Part shown: positions 13,719-26,647 of the stretch, piece by piece | How positions within the stretch are numbered: position 1 is the stretch's first letter | Layout: every line of letters starts with the position of its first letter | NCBI GenBank assembly: GCA_011109175.1 | Contig: RDEW01000048.1 | Location: forward strand, 352,137 to 416,136 | Length of the DNA stretch: 64,000 nucleotides | Direction: 5' to 3' | Source of the DNA: Dicyema japonicum | Taxonomy: Eukaryota > Animalia > Dicyemida | The notes under the pieces: model-generated | Databases searched by the model: none | What the model saw: the letters and a program-made list of their open reading frames with translations, nothing else | Told to the model about the DNA's origin: nothing | Program-made: the position numbers and the translations under genes

Positions 13719-14987
13719 ATGCGACACCACACAGACAGTGAACATGAGACTGACGAAGAAGTACAACAACCACCAACAAAGGTAGTAGCCGATTCAATTG
13801 ATGGATATGAATGGGATGATAACAGAGGAGGGTGGTTCCCTAAGGTAGTTATTACCTCACAATCAGATTGATGAAGATTTTATTGCTGTTTATCAAATGA
13901 ATTATGGTAACTACCAGGAGCCTCCAATCACTAACTCCCAACCTATTGAAGGGAACAAGCAGCCTATCACACCAGCACACGTGGATGACACTAAAGAAAT
14001 AACAAAATTTGAGGGGAATGCTAAGAAAAAGTCAGATGGTTTTATAAATTATTAACTACAGATTGGTTTGAATTGGATGACAAACATAACAAAAGTGTTT
14101 ATGTGAGTAATCTCCCTAAAAATATAACAATGCCAGAATATGAGGAATTGATGAAGAAATTCGGTATCATTGAGAAGGATATGTTAACATACAAGCTTAA
14201 ACTGAAATTATACACTGATCAGGATGGTAATATTAAGGGAGATGGTCTTTGCACTTATATAAAGGTACATAATAACAATTTTGCCCGCCATTATATTATA
14301 TGTATTGGTTAACCACACTAGAATAATGTTAATATTATAGATGGAGTCAGTTAAAATTTGGCTTTAAATATATTGGATGGGAGTAATGTTGATGGAAATA
14401 TTATCAAAGTTGAGAAGGCTCGATTTGAAAGGAAGGAAGGATTCGATATCTCAAAGAGACCTCGTAAGATAAGCAAGAAGGAGAAAAAAAGCATGAGAAT
14501 AAAGCAAGAAAAGTATTATTGTAGTAAATGGGAGATTATTAGATTGGAGACCAGATAAGGACAAATTCACTCGCCCTAAACACGAGAAGACAGTGGTTGT
14601 CTCCAATGCCTTTGATATTGAGGATTTTAATGTTTTAGTATTTATTAAGATTAAAGAAATCCCCGAATTGATTTTGGAGATTAAAGAAAGGTTGATGAAT
14701 ATATTTTGTAAATTTGGGGATGTTAGGAAGGTCGTGGTTTATGATGTGAGTGTATTTGTATTAAACAGTAGAGGAACCCCCGTGGCATTGGGACAGTGAG
14801 CTTTATAGATGTGAGTGGTGCTGATTTGTCAGTGAAAATGATGAATAATAATGTATTTGAGGGAAGGACTGTGAATGTGTCACTTTGGAATGGTCGGGAT
14901 AAGTTTTATGTGGCGGAGACAAAGGAGGAAGAAGAGAGGAGGCTTAGTGAATGGAATAAGTTCCTTGAAGGAGAGAATGACCAATGA
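13719..14987 (+). CDS. HTATSF1: HIV Tat-specific factor 1 / Cus2 splicing factor (2 RRM/UHM)
   Basis: YEWDDNRGGWFPK-IDEDFIAVYQMNYG, VYVSNLP, KGDGLCTYIK, KLLDWRP and ETKEEEERRLSEWNKFL; about 6 introns, one of 76 nt. Confidence 0.92.
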
Positions 14988-16700
14988 TATATATTATATA
15001 AATGGAGGTTATTATAGTTACAATTTTATAATTAATATTTCTGTTTTTTCCTCACTACTAAAGGTCATATTGAGTTTTTTATACACCTTAATTTTACAAA
15101 ATAACTTTCGCCGAGGAGTAGTATTGAATCCGAAACAGTAGAGAGGAACAATTTTCTCCACCTCTTTTCTAAAGGTGCCAGGCATCAAAGATTGTAAGCC
15201 TGGGGTTAATATCCAAATTTTTTGAGGAAGATCTGGGACTTGCTGCTTATCTTTCCGGTTGTCTCGACAGCAATTGCGCAGAAGGTATATCGATCGAGAG
15301 TCCTCTATACTTTTTTCCATTATCTCTCTTTGCTTTCTCTGCGATTGACAGTGCCTTTACCGTGCTCCTGAAAATACTAGTGGTTGAGAGTCGACACATG
15401 TTGCATCCCACAATAACGGTTTCCTCTCTTTGAACGTCAAGATCGTTACTCTGTCCTATCATTTTCGTCTCCCTTGTCCAGGCGAGTGGGCTCCAGTATG
15501 GATCTTTCATAATTTCATTCAAAAAAGTGTGCAGCGAATTTTTCTGCACTTCTTCAGGAGAGGACGTGAAGTTCGTATCAAAGATAGTCTTTCTGTTTAA
15601 TCGAGGTTTATGATTATTGCAACTTTTTTGGCGGCCAAGTTTCTGCATACTCTTTTTCATTGGTCGATGATTCTGTAGGATGAAGAATCATTTTGACCAT
15701 CAGTTGACTGGGTGTAGAGAGGATAGAATGCTATATCTATCGGGGAAAAATCCCAAGACTTCCGAAGCAGACATGTAGGATTGCCAGCCTTGATTGTCGA
15801 ACTTGACTTTGGGTAGCAGACGGAAAAGTGAATTCATCGATTCGATCTAATTTATCCTCAAGAAACAAGGTGTACCACGAAGTACTGGTACAGTTGAGAT
15901 GTTATCATGATATTCTTCAGAAGGAAAAGGTACATATGTACACCTAGCATTTCCAGCCGCGTGTTTTTAGTTATTTACCCCTGGTCCCTTCAAGTGAAAA
16001 AAACCAGTGGCTAACAAAAGCAAGAGAAGACGCTCTCAGAGATCTGACATGTGTATATTTGGTTCTATAGAGAACTAGTAAATGGACCCGGACAAAAGAA
16101 AAGGTGATCCGTCTTCTTGTATTCAAGAAAGCACGATGGGTATAGTGGAGAGGACGATTGTCCAATCCTCTACTGATATGAATGTAAATTCAAGTGATGA
16201 CCACAACGTATGGCAACAAGTGGACGTGAACTTCCCGAGACAGAGAAGCTTCGCTTCCGTCAACAATAGGTGGAATATGCTCAATAAGTTTGTTTATAAC
16301 AAGGATTCTGATGGCTTTATTGGATTTCCAGTCATGGATTGTTTTCTGACTGAAATGGGATGGTTTGTAGAAACCGAATTTGATTACCAATATTAAGAAT
16401 AATTCTCCTTTTGTTTGTGAAGACCCAAAGCCAGTGAGCTGGGTGTCCTAGCGTTTTACACTTTTTTAGGAATTGTAGACTGAGCATCTTGAAATGGTCT
16501 CTAATTGGGAGAATAAATTCTGTTTTCTACACATAACGTTTAAATCTTTCGCCTTTTACTAACGATTTCCGTGTGTAGTGTGTTTTTCTCTTGTATTAAT
16601 AATTTTTTAATTTATTTATTTTATATTTTAAAAGAATAATAATTTTATATGTGAATTGGATAACCAGAAACAAAATAAATATTCAAATGTTTTAAATGAA

Positions 16701-18077
16701 ATGACAGATTTTAGTTCGTTGTCAAACGTATGGAATTGGTTGCTCTACCCTGAAGCGGAATACCCGAATGACCCTGTACACACATAAATATTATTTGCAG
16801 ATTCAAATTCTCAGTCAAATGACTCAATACGCAGTCTACCTAGAACAGTGCATAATAATAGCCAAGAAGAAACTCAAAATAGATTGTCTAAACAAACTGC
16901 CTCTCTCAAAATGTCAAAGTAACATTATAAATCATTTAGGTTTACTAAGAAGGTGCAAACTCCCAATATTCGAATCATCTTTGGTTGGTTAATTCATTAA
17001 TTAAAGAATAATCACACTTACAATGAAAACAATCATTCAACGGTCTCCTCCTTTCAACCAACAACAGAAAGTTATTACATTCCTCCATACCTCACAGATT
17101 CTACTACTGATTCATTCTCACCTTACAATCAAATTTACATGAATTATTTAGTCCATCTAAACCCTTACTCATTCTCCACTGACTTGAATGAAAATTCATT
17201 ATCTCTTCACAATTACACTTCATTGGACAGTCTGTTCTCGTCACACTCCACTAATATGAATATCCCTTCATTTTCTCACCAAAATTCTAATTCAATCGAC
17301 AGTACTCTCTTTTCGTCACACTACACTGATTTGAATACCTCTTCATTATCTCCTCATAATTCCACTTCATTGGACAGTTTCTTCTCGTCACACTCCATTG
17401 ATATGAATACCCCCTCATTTTCTCATCAAAATTCTAATTCAATGGACAGTACTCTCTTTTCGTCACACTACACTGATTTGAATACCTCTTCATTTTCTCT
17501 TCAGAATTCAAATTCAATGGACAGTAATATTTTTTCGTCACACTCCACTGATTTGAATGGTAATTCAGAAATGTTCTCATTAACCTATCCAACTTCATTA
17601 GACACTAATATTTCACACTCTAATGATTTAAATACTACTTTTGGAGAATTCTTCAAACAAAAACATACAAATATCACACAAATTCAAGCTAATGAAGGTA
17701 CCCCTACTTCTACAGAATATCTAACGATAACTACAAGCAGGTTTACTACTCATTAAATTAACAGAGTCTCACTAAATAAAAAAATAAACGGATACATATT
17801 ATTTTTAAAAATATTTAAAGAAAAAAAACAAATGGGGGTGATTTCTAAATATAGTAGTGCCAGTATAGAATGGAAGTTAATGATACAATGTGAGAAGAGG
17901 TTTTACAAGTAAGGGTACGTTATGATGGTAGAGAACAAGCGTCGTCAATAATAGGTCAAATTATAGAGAATAACTTGGAGTATCCATATGAATTCTACGT
18001 GGAGGACTACAATAAAAACACATATATTGTTATCTTTTTTTAACTGTTGTGTTAATGTTATAGTTATTTGTGATTAA
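16701..18077 (+). CDS. Hypothetical protein: Cys-containing N-terminus, Ser-rich repeats, C-terminal HMG-box-like segment
   Basis: Four phase-compatible 23-25 nt GT-AG introns (16776-16800, 16984-17006, 17741-17764, 17909-17931) join the ORF-track pieces to KKINGYILFLK...IEWKLMIQCEKRFYKEQA...YPY. Start and end are uncertain. Confidence 0.55.
17200..17560 (+). repeat. Coding tandem repeat, about 147-bp period (two 24-25 aa subunits)
   Basis: CATTGGACAG recurs at 17221 and 17368; unit FSSH(S/Y)TD(L/M)N..SFS.QNSNS.DS. Confidence 0.85.
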
Positions 18078-18153
18078 ATTTAAGTTTTATTTGTTTTAGT
18101 TTTTAAAATTAATTTTAATAAATAAATTTAAAAAATATTTATAACTAAGCAAA

Positions 18154-21100
18154 ATGTCTTTAAAGCCTCATCATATTTACGGAATAAATTTTTCAATTCG
18201 AAATAATATATTCTTTTCCGACGAACAAAAGATTGCATTCCCAGGAGGAAATAACATTGTAATCCAAAACAAAGACACCAAAAGTCAGAACATAATTCAA
18301 TGTTCTGAGCATTCTACAGGAATGACCGCAGTGGCTTACAGTCCAAATAGGCGGTAAATAAAATAAAACTAAAATAGTTATGTTGCTGTGGCTGAGACAT
18401 TAGAGAAGACTACGATTTGTGTTTACGACTTGGTATTACTACGACGAAAGAAAATGTTACCTACGGTTGAAATGATAAACACTCCTGCAGTTTCCATGGC
18501 ATTCTCGTCTGATTCAAAGTACTTGGCTGTTCAGGGTGGGGGACCTGACTGGACGGTGGTTTACTGGCTGTGGGAGAAGGCCAAAGTACTCTCTTCTATA
18601 AAGCCTGTAATGTCAAAAAGCAGTGCAGAAGTGTGCGAGGTTGAAAGGTTGTAAAATATAAGATATCATTCAATCCTGAGGATAATTCACAAATCTGTAT
18701 AGTAGGAATGAACACACTTAAATTTTACCGATATACTGAGGGGATACTACAACTGTTTAGTCCCCAAAAACTGGACTCTTTAAACTGCACTTGTCATGCA
18801 TGGATTGGTGAGGACAAAATTGTGGTGGGGACATCAGAAGGGAAACTAATTTTCATAGAAGGTGGTGAAATTAACTCTGAATTGAATCCTTTCGATTCCA
18901 ACTCGTTAGTGAGGGAATAATTATAGAGGGGACTGTGCAGTGACAGCCATTTGTGGATATTCTAAGGGAATTCTGTTTGGATATGGAAGCTCGATGGTAC
19001 TCCATTATGAGAAGACAAAGGACAGGGAGTACACATTCAACACAAAAATAGAGGTTTGTAGTTATATTTATGGTTTGATTGAAATTGACGAATTTAACGT
19101 TGAAAGTCACCTCACTCAACAGATAATCCACTCGCTGGCGGTAAACTCATCAGAGGAAACTCTGGTGTGTTCTACAAACATGGGACAAATATATATGTTT
19201 GCACTGGGGTGTACAGCCATCGATAAGGTAAATTGTAAGCAGCACAGTAGAAAGACGGGAACCATTTTGAGAATATTGGACAATTCAACCACTATGAAGG
19301 AGTTAAAGGGATGGATGTGTGCTTCCAAAAGTCTCTGGTAGTAACGACTGGAAATGACCGGACTGTGGCTGTGAGAAACTACGAGACATAGTATGATGAC
19401 TAATGAATTAGTAATCTTGAATTGGTGAAGGAATTCAATCAGGAAATACATTCAATATCACTCCATCCGTCAGGATTGTACATTCTGGCTGGATTTACTG
19501 ACAAACTAAGACTGATGAGTCTGCTTATTGACGATATAAAGACCATCAAAGAATTTCAAGTCAAACTGTGCAAAGAGGTTAATGAGTGTACTAACCCAAA
19601 CAGTGTCGCTTCAGTAATGGAGGACACATGTTTGGGGCAACAAACTCAAATTTGATACAAATATACTCAACCATTACTTATGAGAATATTATTAACCTTA
19701 AAGGACATAATTCACGGATATCATCAATAGAGTGGGGACCTTCTGACCTCAAGTTGTTTTCATGTGGCTCAGATGGAGCTGTTTACGAGTGGGACATCAT
19801 TTCGGGTTTTCATAAAATAATGACTTTAAGGGACAAGGGTTAATGAGAATGTCCTCAAACAGTGCAACTACTCAGACCTCACAATATCAAAAGATGGAAA
19901 GTACACCTGTGCTGTTGGATCTGACAAAAAGATTAGAGAGATTTCCAACTCCTCAGTTATATGTAGACTGATTCAGTAGGTTAGAATACAAGTGGACTCT
20001 CCGGGTGTTCCTTTCACATCCATATCAATGTGTGCCTCTAACAAGTATTTGTACTGCGGGACAGTCTCTGGACTGATGACCAGTGTAAAGTTTCCCCTCG
20101 TGGCCAATCCAGAGTATATGATCTGGTCAGGACACTCAAAATGTGTGACACGTGTATGTGAATATGAGTGATTGTCCCAGATTAGACTGACATATGACGG
20201 GTCATCCCTAATAACAGCATCAGAAGATGGGACTGTGATTGTGTGGAATGTGACTGAGTCAAATAAGCAAACGATAGATTATTCTGATGAGATTCTAATA
20301 ACAAAGACTGACTTAGAGGATAAGGTTTTGAAGGATCACTTATTAGAATGCCAACATATTTGACTTACAGACCAGGGTCGATGAGCTCAAAATGGAGAAT
20401 GAGTACCAACTCAGACTCAAGGATATGTCTTATGGAGAGAAAATAAAAGAACTCACAGACAAGTTCACTGCAGAAATTGAAGAGTTGAAGACGGACTACC
20501 TCAAGTCATCCACCGATAAAGAGACAGTCGAAAACAGATTTAAGGATCTTATTTCCGTGAATGAGGACAAACACTCCAATGAAATACAGAATATAAGTAA
20601 ATGAGTGGTGATTACTGTTAGATGACTCTCACAGCCACAAACTGCTGTTAGAATATGAAAAATATCAGTCTTTACAGTCAAAGTCACAGAAAATGCAAGA
20701 AAACTACGAAAACCAACTTAATATGAAAAATATCGACAAAGAGGGAGCTTTGAAGGATCAGGAGGAGTTTTATGAAGCCAAACTGGAGGATTTGTTCCGA
20801 CAGTTACAAAAGGTAAACGAGATTGAACAAGTCAGGCTGAAGGGATAATCAGTTCTCAACAGACTGAGCACGAGGAGATGAGAGATCAGATTGAGGAGGA
20901 CGCGGATCAGGAAATATTGGAGTTGAAAAATGACTATGAGAGGAGACTGAGGGAGGAAAGGGAGATCAACCACAAACTAAAGAGTGAGTCTGGGATTATG
21001 AAGAAGAAGGTCAGGAATGTAATTGATTATTAGTTCTCCAGTCTGACTGGGGAGATTGATGATCTTAGAGGAGAGATTAAGACTCTGCAGAATGAGAATG

Positions 21101-22119
21101 TGAAGCAAGCCACAGTCATTAGAAACCTTGAAAGGGACATTATGAGTTTTAAGAAGGAGGTCGAAGAGAGAGATGACGTAATTCAGGACAAGGTTAATAT
21201 GGGAGTCATTATTTGCAGGAGAAGAAGATTTACGACATAAAGAAGAAAAACCAAGAACTAGAAAAGTTCAAATTTGTGTTGGATTACAAAATCAAGGAAT
21301 TAAAGAAGCAGATTGAACCAAAGGAGAACTACATAAAGGCAATGAAGGAACAAATTCAGGAAATGGAAGAGGAGTTGGAGAAGTTCAACAAACAGAATGC
21401 ACAACTTGACTTGAATTCCGTAAGTTTAACGGAAAAACTAAGAATTACTCAAAAGGAAATGTTGAAGGAACGACAATATGTAAATTACAACCTCACACAA
21501 AGGTCAGAGACAAGGAATTTGTGATCCGTAAATTTCAGACTGACCTTCATCGATGTATATCCTTCATCCAGGATCCCAAGGAACTCAAAGCAAAAGTTAA
21601 ACAACTTTACAAAAAGCACGCTCATGGCAATATTGTATGCCCACGTGTTAGTTGTAGTTGGAAGTGGCCACATTGGACTCTGACTTGCAGAACGAATACA
21701 ACCGGCAACGAGAACATTTGGAGAAGACCGTTCACTCTCTGCGGAAAAAGTTGGTGAAGGATGTGCAGCTAAACAGAGCCGACCACGTCAAGATAATACA
21801 GGTATGTCGGTAAAATAACGTTTTACGGAAAACGTGTGTTTGATAAAGGAAATAAATGATTTACGAAAAGAATTGAAGATTGCTCTCACTCAAATACACG
21901 ATTTGGAGGTGGCCCTGGGAATACACAGAAACCAACAAAACAAGGATTCTGCCACAACACTCGCAATGATAGCTGCTTCCACCAAGAATGCCATTTTGGA
22001 GAAGAATCTGATTGAGGCCGAGAGACAGATTCATTTACAGTACACACAACTCAATCAAGTATTCTCATTATTTATTATAGCCATTAAACACCAATCTCCC
22101 AAATATTAAGTCAACGTAA
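18154..22119 (+). CDS. CFAP57: Cilia- and flagella-associated protein 57 (WD40 plus coiled coil), about 19 tiny introns
   Basis: [73 protein letters not shown] and [14 protein letters not shown]. Confidence 0.93.
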
Positions 22120-22199
22120 TTACTAATTATCACACTCTTAATTAGGTTTTCATAGGGAAAACTAATTATTTAACAAAATCTGTTATAGGCATTCCTCCA

Positions 22200-22620
22200 T
22201 TAAATAATATTCACGTCTGCTCCTATAATTAAATCTGACACCCACAAATAATTATCTGCAATGTCGAGAACGTACAATTCACATTTTTGGAAAGTAATAT
22301 TCCCATCAAAGAAATGTCTGTTTCCTCCTTTGTTTTTATCAATATTGTCCACAATTACAATGAGAGACCTTAATTGGACAACAATTTCATTTTTTCGTTA
22401 TAAATCTGTTGTTTCAGATGGTAGTTGATAATATTCCTCGTTAAATAGGCATAACAAGAGTACCTCATTTTGTAAATAGGAATATTTGATTCGACAAATG
22501 CTTTCGTAATTTTATTGGCCAACTTATATGATCACCGGAAGTTTTAATAGAAGTATTAGGTGCTTTTAACAGACTTCATGTCATCTAAAAATACTTTTTC
22601 CAGATACCTTAAGGTTTTAT
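22200..22620 (-). mobile_element. Possible decayed hAT-like transposase remnant
   Basis: KITKAFVESNIPIYK...QLPSET resembles the AF..ANIP..K...PS segment of hAT/CGGBP1-like proteins; heavily disrupted. Confidence 0.3.
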
Positions 22621-22804
22621 CAGCAAATTTTTTCAAATGTTAATTACAAATTTGAACAAAAAATTCTAAATTGACTACAAATTCAGAATATTTATTTGCA
22701 TAAAAATGAGCTTTCTGAGTTAGTGAACTTATACACTCAACTATCAAGATTAATAAACACCTGTCGAGTAAAATTATTATTATTTTTATTTAATTAAATT
22801 AAAA

Positions 22805-23103
22805 TTTATTGAACCAGAAAACCACAGTCATAGCCAGAATGAAAAATTAAGGTGATCCCGGCCTTCTCAGCAGTCTTTGCATGCTTGGAGTTGAAAGAAG
22901 TGGCGTCCAAGAGATGGTTGTTGACTAATGGTCATTTTTGGATATAATTTAGGAGATATCTGGCGCCACCAGAGATGGTGAACCACACGACGCATGCTAA
23001 TAATTCAAGCTCCTTGGAACTAAAAGGGAAGAGGAGGAACAGAAGAATCAAATAAAAAAACTTAAATTTAAGTAGCAACACGTTGGCGCCAGACGGCACC
23101 ATA
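22805..23103 (-). mobile_element. Short non-autonomous retroelement (SINE-like), copy 3: structured head plus LINE tail
   Basis: Shares the GCC..GGCGCC..GTG leader, the TTCTGTTCCTCCTCT tract and the structured core with 23578-23905; ends in a GGGATCACC-TAA LINE tail. Confidence 0.6.
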
Positions 23104-23189
23104 ATTGTAAAAAATGATATTTTGATATTAAAAAACAATTAGCTATTTTTCTGTTGCCTTAGTTATTACATATTATATTGATGAATAGG

Positions 23190-23420
23190 TTTGAAACCAC
23201 AAACCATCACTAAGAACTGCTTAAAAGCCTCAAGAAAATCAACAATGTTCATCTTTTCAACGAAAGAAACGAGGATCAAACCACAAGTCAACTTGAATGA
23301 CTTCCAAATCCTAACCAAAGTAAACCCCTTTATCCTCGCAGTTACCCTTGATCCATTTGTGTCATTCATACACCTATTAAACCTGGTAGCTTCGAGGATA
23401 TAAAAAAAGATGGTAATGCT
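23190..23420 (+). mobile_element. LINE RT thumb fragment
   Basis: NPFILAVTLDPFVSF resembles the P.ILGVTFD..L.F motif. Confidence 0.45.
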
Positions 23421-23577
23421 GAAGATTTTTCGCATTCATAGGTATCTCAACCCGTTTACTGAGCATCAAATTGATCTTCTCGCTATTAGCATATAGTAAA
23501 TTAGAACTGATATAGAACCGATGCCCTAGTCTTATTTCGATTCCCGAATGGAATACAATTTGTTACTGAGTATTATT

Positions 23578-23905
23578 ATTAATTAACCCCGGACACACCG
23601 AGAAAGAAGTTAAAGTAAACAACTAATTAAGTGTATCCAGTTTCCACTTCTACAGAAACAGAGTCCATCCGGAATCAGCATAAAGGGTAAGACGTCCATT
23701 ACATGCAGTCGTGGAAACCCCTCCAGTGGAGTGGGGAAGAGCAAATGATCCTTTTTCATGCCGGCCTGGCACTGGGCGTCACCTAGACAGGTGGATCACA
23801 TGACGCCATTCTATTGGGAAGAGAGAGGAGGAACAGACAAGTAAGCAGAAAAATTAAACTAACTAACCACGCAGCACCACACGGCGCCACGCGGCAAAAT
23901 CCTCG
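23578..23905 (-). mobile_element. Short non-autonomous retroelement (SINE-like), copy 1
   Basis: About 90% identical to 55508-55825; the last 60-70 nt match the 3' end of the LINE at 45345-46050. Confidence 0.75.
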
Positions 23906-24381
23906 TTACTGAGAATGCTAAACGTGGTGGTAATTAATTATTACTTGAAAGAATAACGAGATATAAAATTCTGAAGTCTCAGATTATGGAATCCTCCCCA
24001 ACATATGAAAGGAAATTATTCCCTTTATATCAATGCAGGATCCCAAGACTAAGTGGGTAATAAATGTTAATTCTGTTTTATGTATATTAGTCATATTAGA
24101 AAATAACCTAGTACCTCTTCTATTGCACAGTATTTTAGTATCAAATATAGGATCTCATAAGGTTTTGTGATTTCACGGAAATAGAAAGGAGTACAATAGA
24201 AACAGGTCAGTTTAACCTATTTCCACTGATTGGGCCAAACAGCTTTACAAATACTCTAAAATATTATTATCAACCAAAGAAGAATGTTGAGTTCTAAATA
24301 TTCTCCAGTTGCAGCAAAATACATGAAATGTATAACATAGTGTTAGATAAGGTTTGGTAAAATTATATAAATAAAAAATAA

Positions 24382-25051
<670 letters not shown>

Positions 25052-25479
25052 TTTATTCACTTTTGGCTTATTAATATATAATTTTGGATATTAATAAGGA
25101 CGACTTATTCATTGGGCAAACAACCAGTTTATTTAGTCAATGTTTGACTGCGCAAATTACGATTCCCTCCCTTCTTTCTACATAGACTATCCACCATCCG
25201 GAAACCGCCAACAGAGTAATCAGTTTTAATTTCGAGTTTAAGCGCTTCTAGCTGAACAAACTCATAATGGCGACAAGTCCTTCAACTTACCTATGACATC
25301 CTTCTCAGATATCTCGATAATGAAAAAACATGCTGACTTTATGTCAAATGAAAAAAGCAGTAGAGGTCTCCTTGTATATCAGGGATCTCTTAGTTATATA
25401 GTTTTTTCTTTCTAACCAATTAATCCTGTAGGAATATATTGAATAAATAAACAGCACTTTTGTTGGATGATTCGTTATC

Positions 25480-26455
25480 GATCTTACAGTCACCTGGTAC
25501 TGTCTCCGGAAACGTCTATCAAAGAACTCAATTGGAATATCTTACTTTAAAGCCAATAAAAGTTCCTATGCACGGAAAATTGCGTTCATGAAAAAATTTT
25601 TTGTTTATTTCTGAGAGGAAAAAATCGCAACTGTCTTTCCTTGCTGATTCTTCCCTAAGAAAGAAGTGGAGGGAGATTCTCAAGAGAAATAACAAGTTCT
25701 GTTTTTCCATAATCAAAAAACTTGTTAGTTTAGTCCGCAATTGTTGGAGGGCTCTTCTTTACTATTACTTTTAAAACATTCCATATTTGAATTCTATTCG
25801 TCAGGCTTTTCTATTAAGTCAATAGCCTGTCGCAGCCGGTTCCAAGAATTTTTGAATTCTTTGTGCATGAAATTGTGGTATTGTCAGTACTTACCTTATA
25901 TCACAAGTTAATATTTTTGTGATTTTTATATATCGACAATTTTGTTGATAACCAGTCTTATATAAAATGTGGATAAACCTTACCGGGGATCTATCCTTTG
26001 TGACGGTAACATCATTCGCATATGTCAAAAGAAGATTAGGAGATGGAGAATTTAAATAATATTAATGGAGAACTCTTACTCTATTTGGCAATAGGGAGAT
26101 TTATTTAAAACCAAAAATCACCGACTTAATTGTCAGCTGCGTATAAAGGTGGCTTAACTTTGAGTATAAACAGCCTTTTTAGTATCCAAGACTTGTTTCT
26201 ACAATGTTTAGTTTTTTTAGGAAGAGGAAATGACGTTGCTGATATGCTTTCTAAATTTCATAAGGGGGCCGTATGCGATCCCAGTATTTTGATAAAGTTA
26301 GTGGAGGGAATTGACATTCCATTAAGGGTCAAAAAGGTTCCGAGTTTGTTAGTCTTCCATTTGAAATAAAAATCATTGTGCTAGACTTTTCAAGAATTGT
26401 GTGTGATAGGTTTATCATAAGCCAACAGCTCAAGTTGTCCAGTTCACATATTGGG
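25480..26455 (-). mobile_element. Decayed LINE RT 3'-part fragments
   Basis: 26230-26455 is a second copy of 6230-6450; a KILG...D.LL remnant lies near 25830-25880. Confidence 0.6.
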
Positions 26456-26647
26456 TTGATTTGTATTATTCAATATACTCTCGTAATCCGTAAAAAAATT
26501 ACATAATGTTGGAGTAAATGCATTGTAATGAGACTGAATGATCATAATGTACTACATATTTAATATAAATAATTATAAGGTTTTACAGAGAATGGAGGTT
26601 TACAAAAAATAGACACAAAGGCATAACTAAAAAAGTTAATATGTACG

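Noticed and set aside
15000-16560. Protein-coding genes from ORFs 15247-15660 and 16082-16396
   Set aside because: No family motifs or micro-intron pattern; probably old TE debris that I cannot assign.
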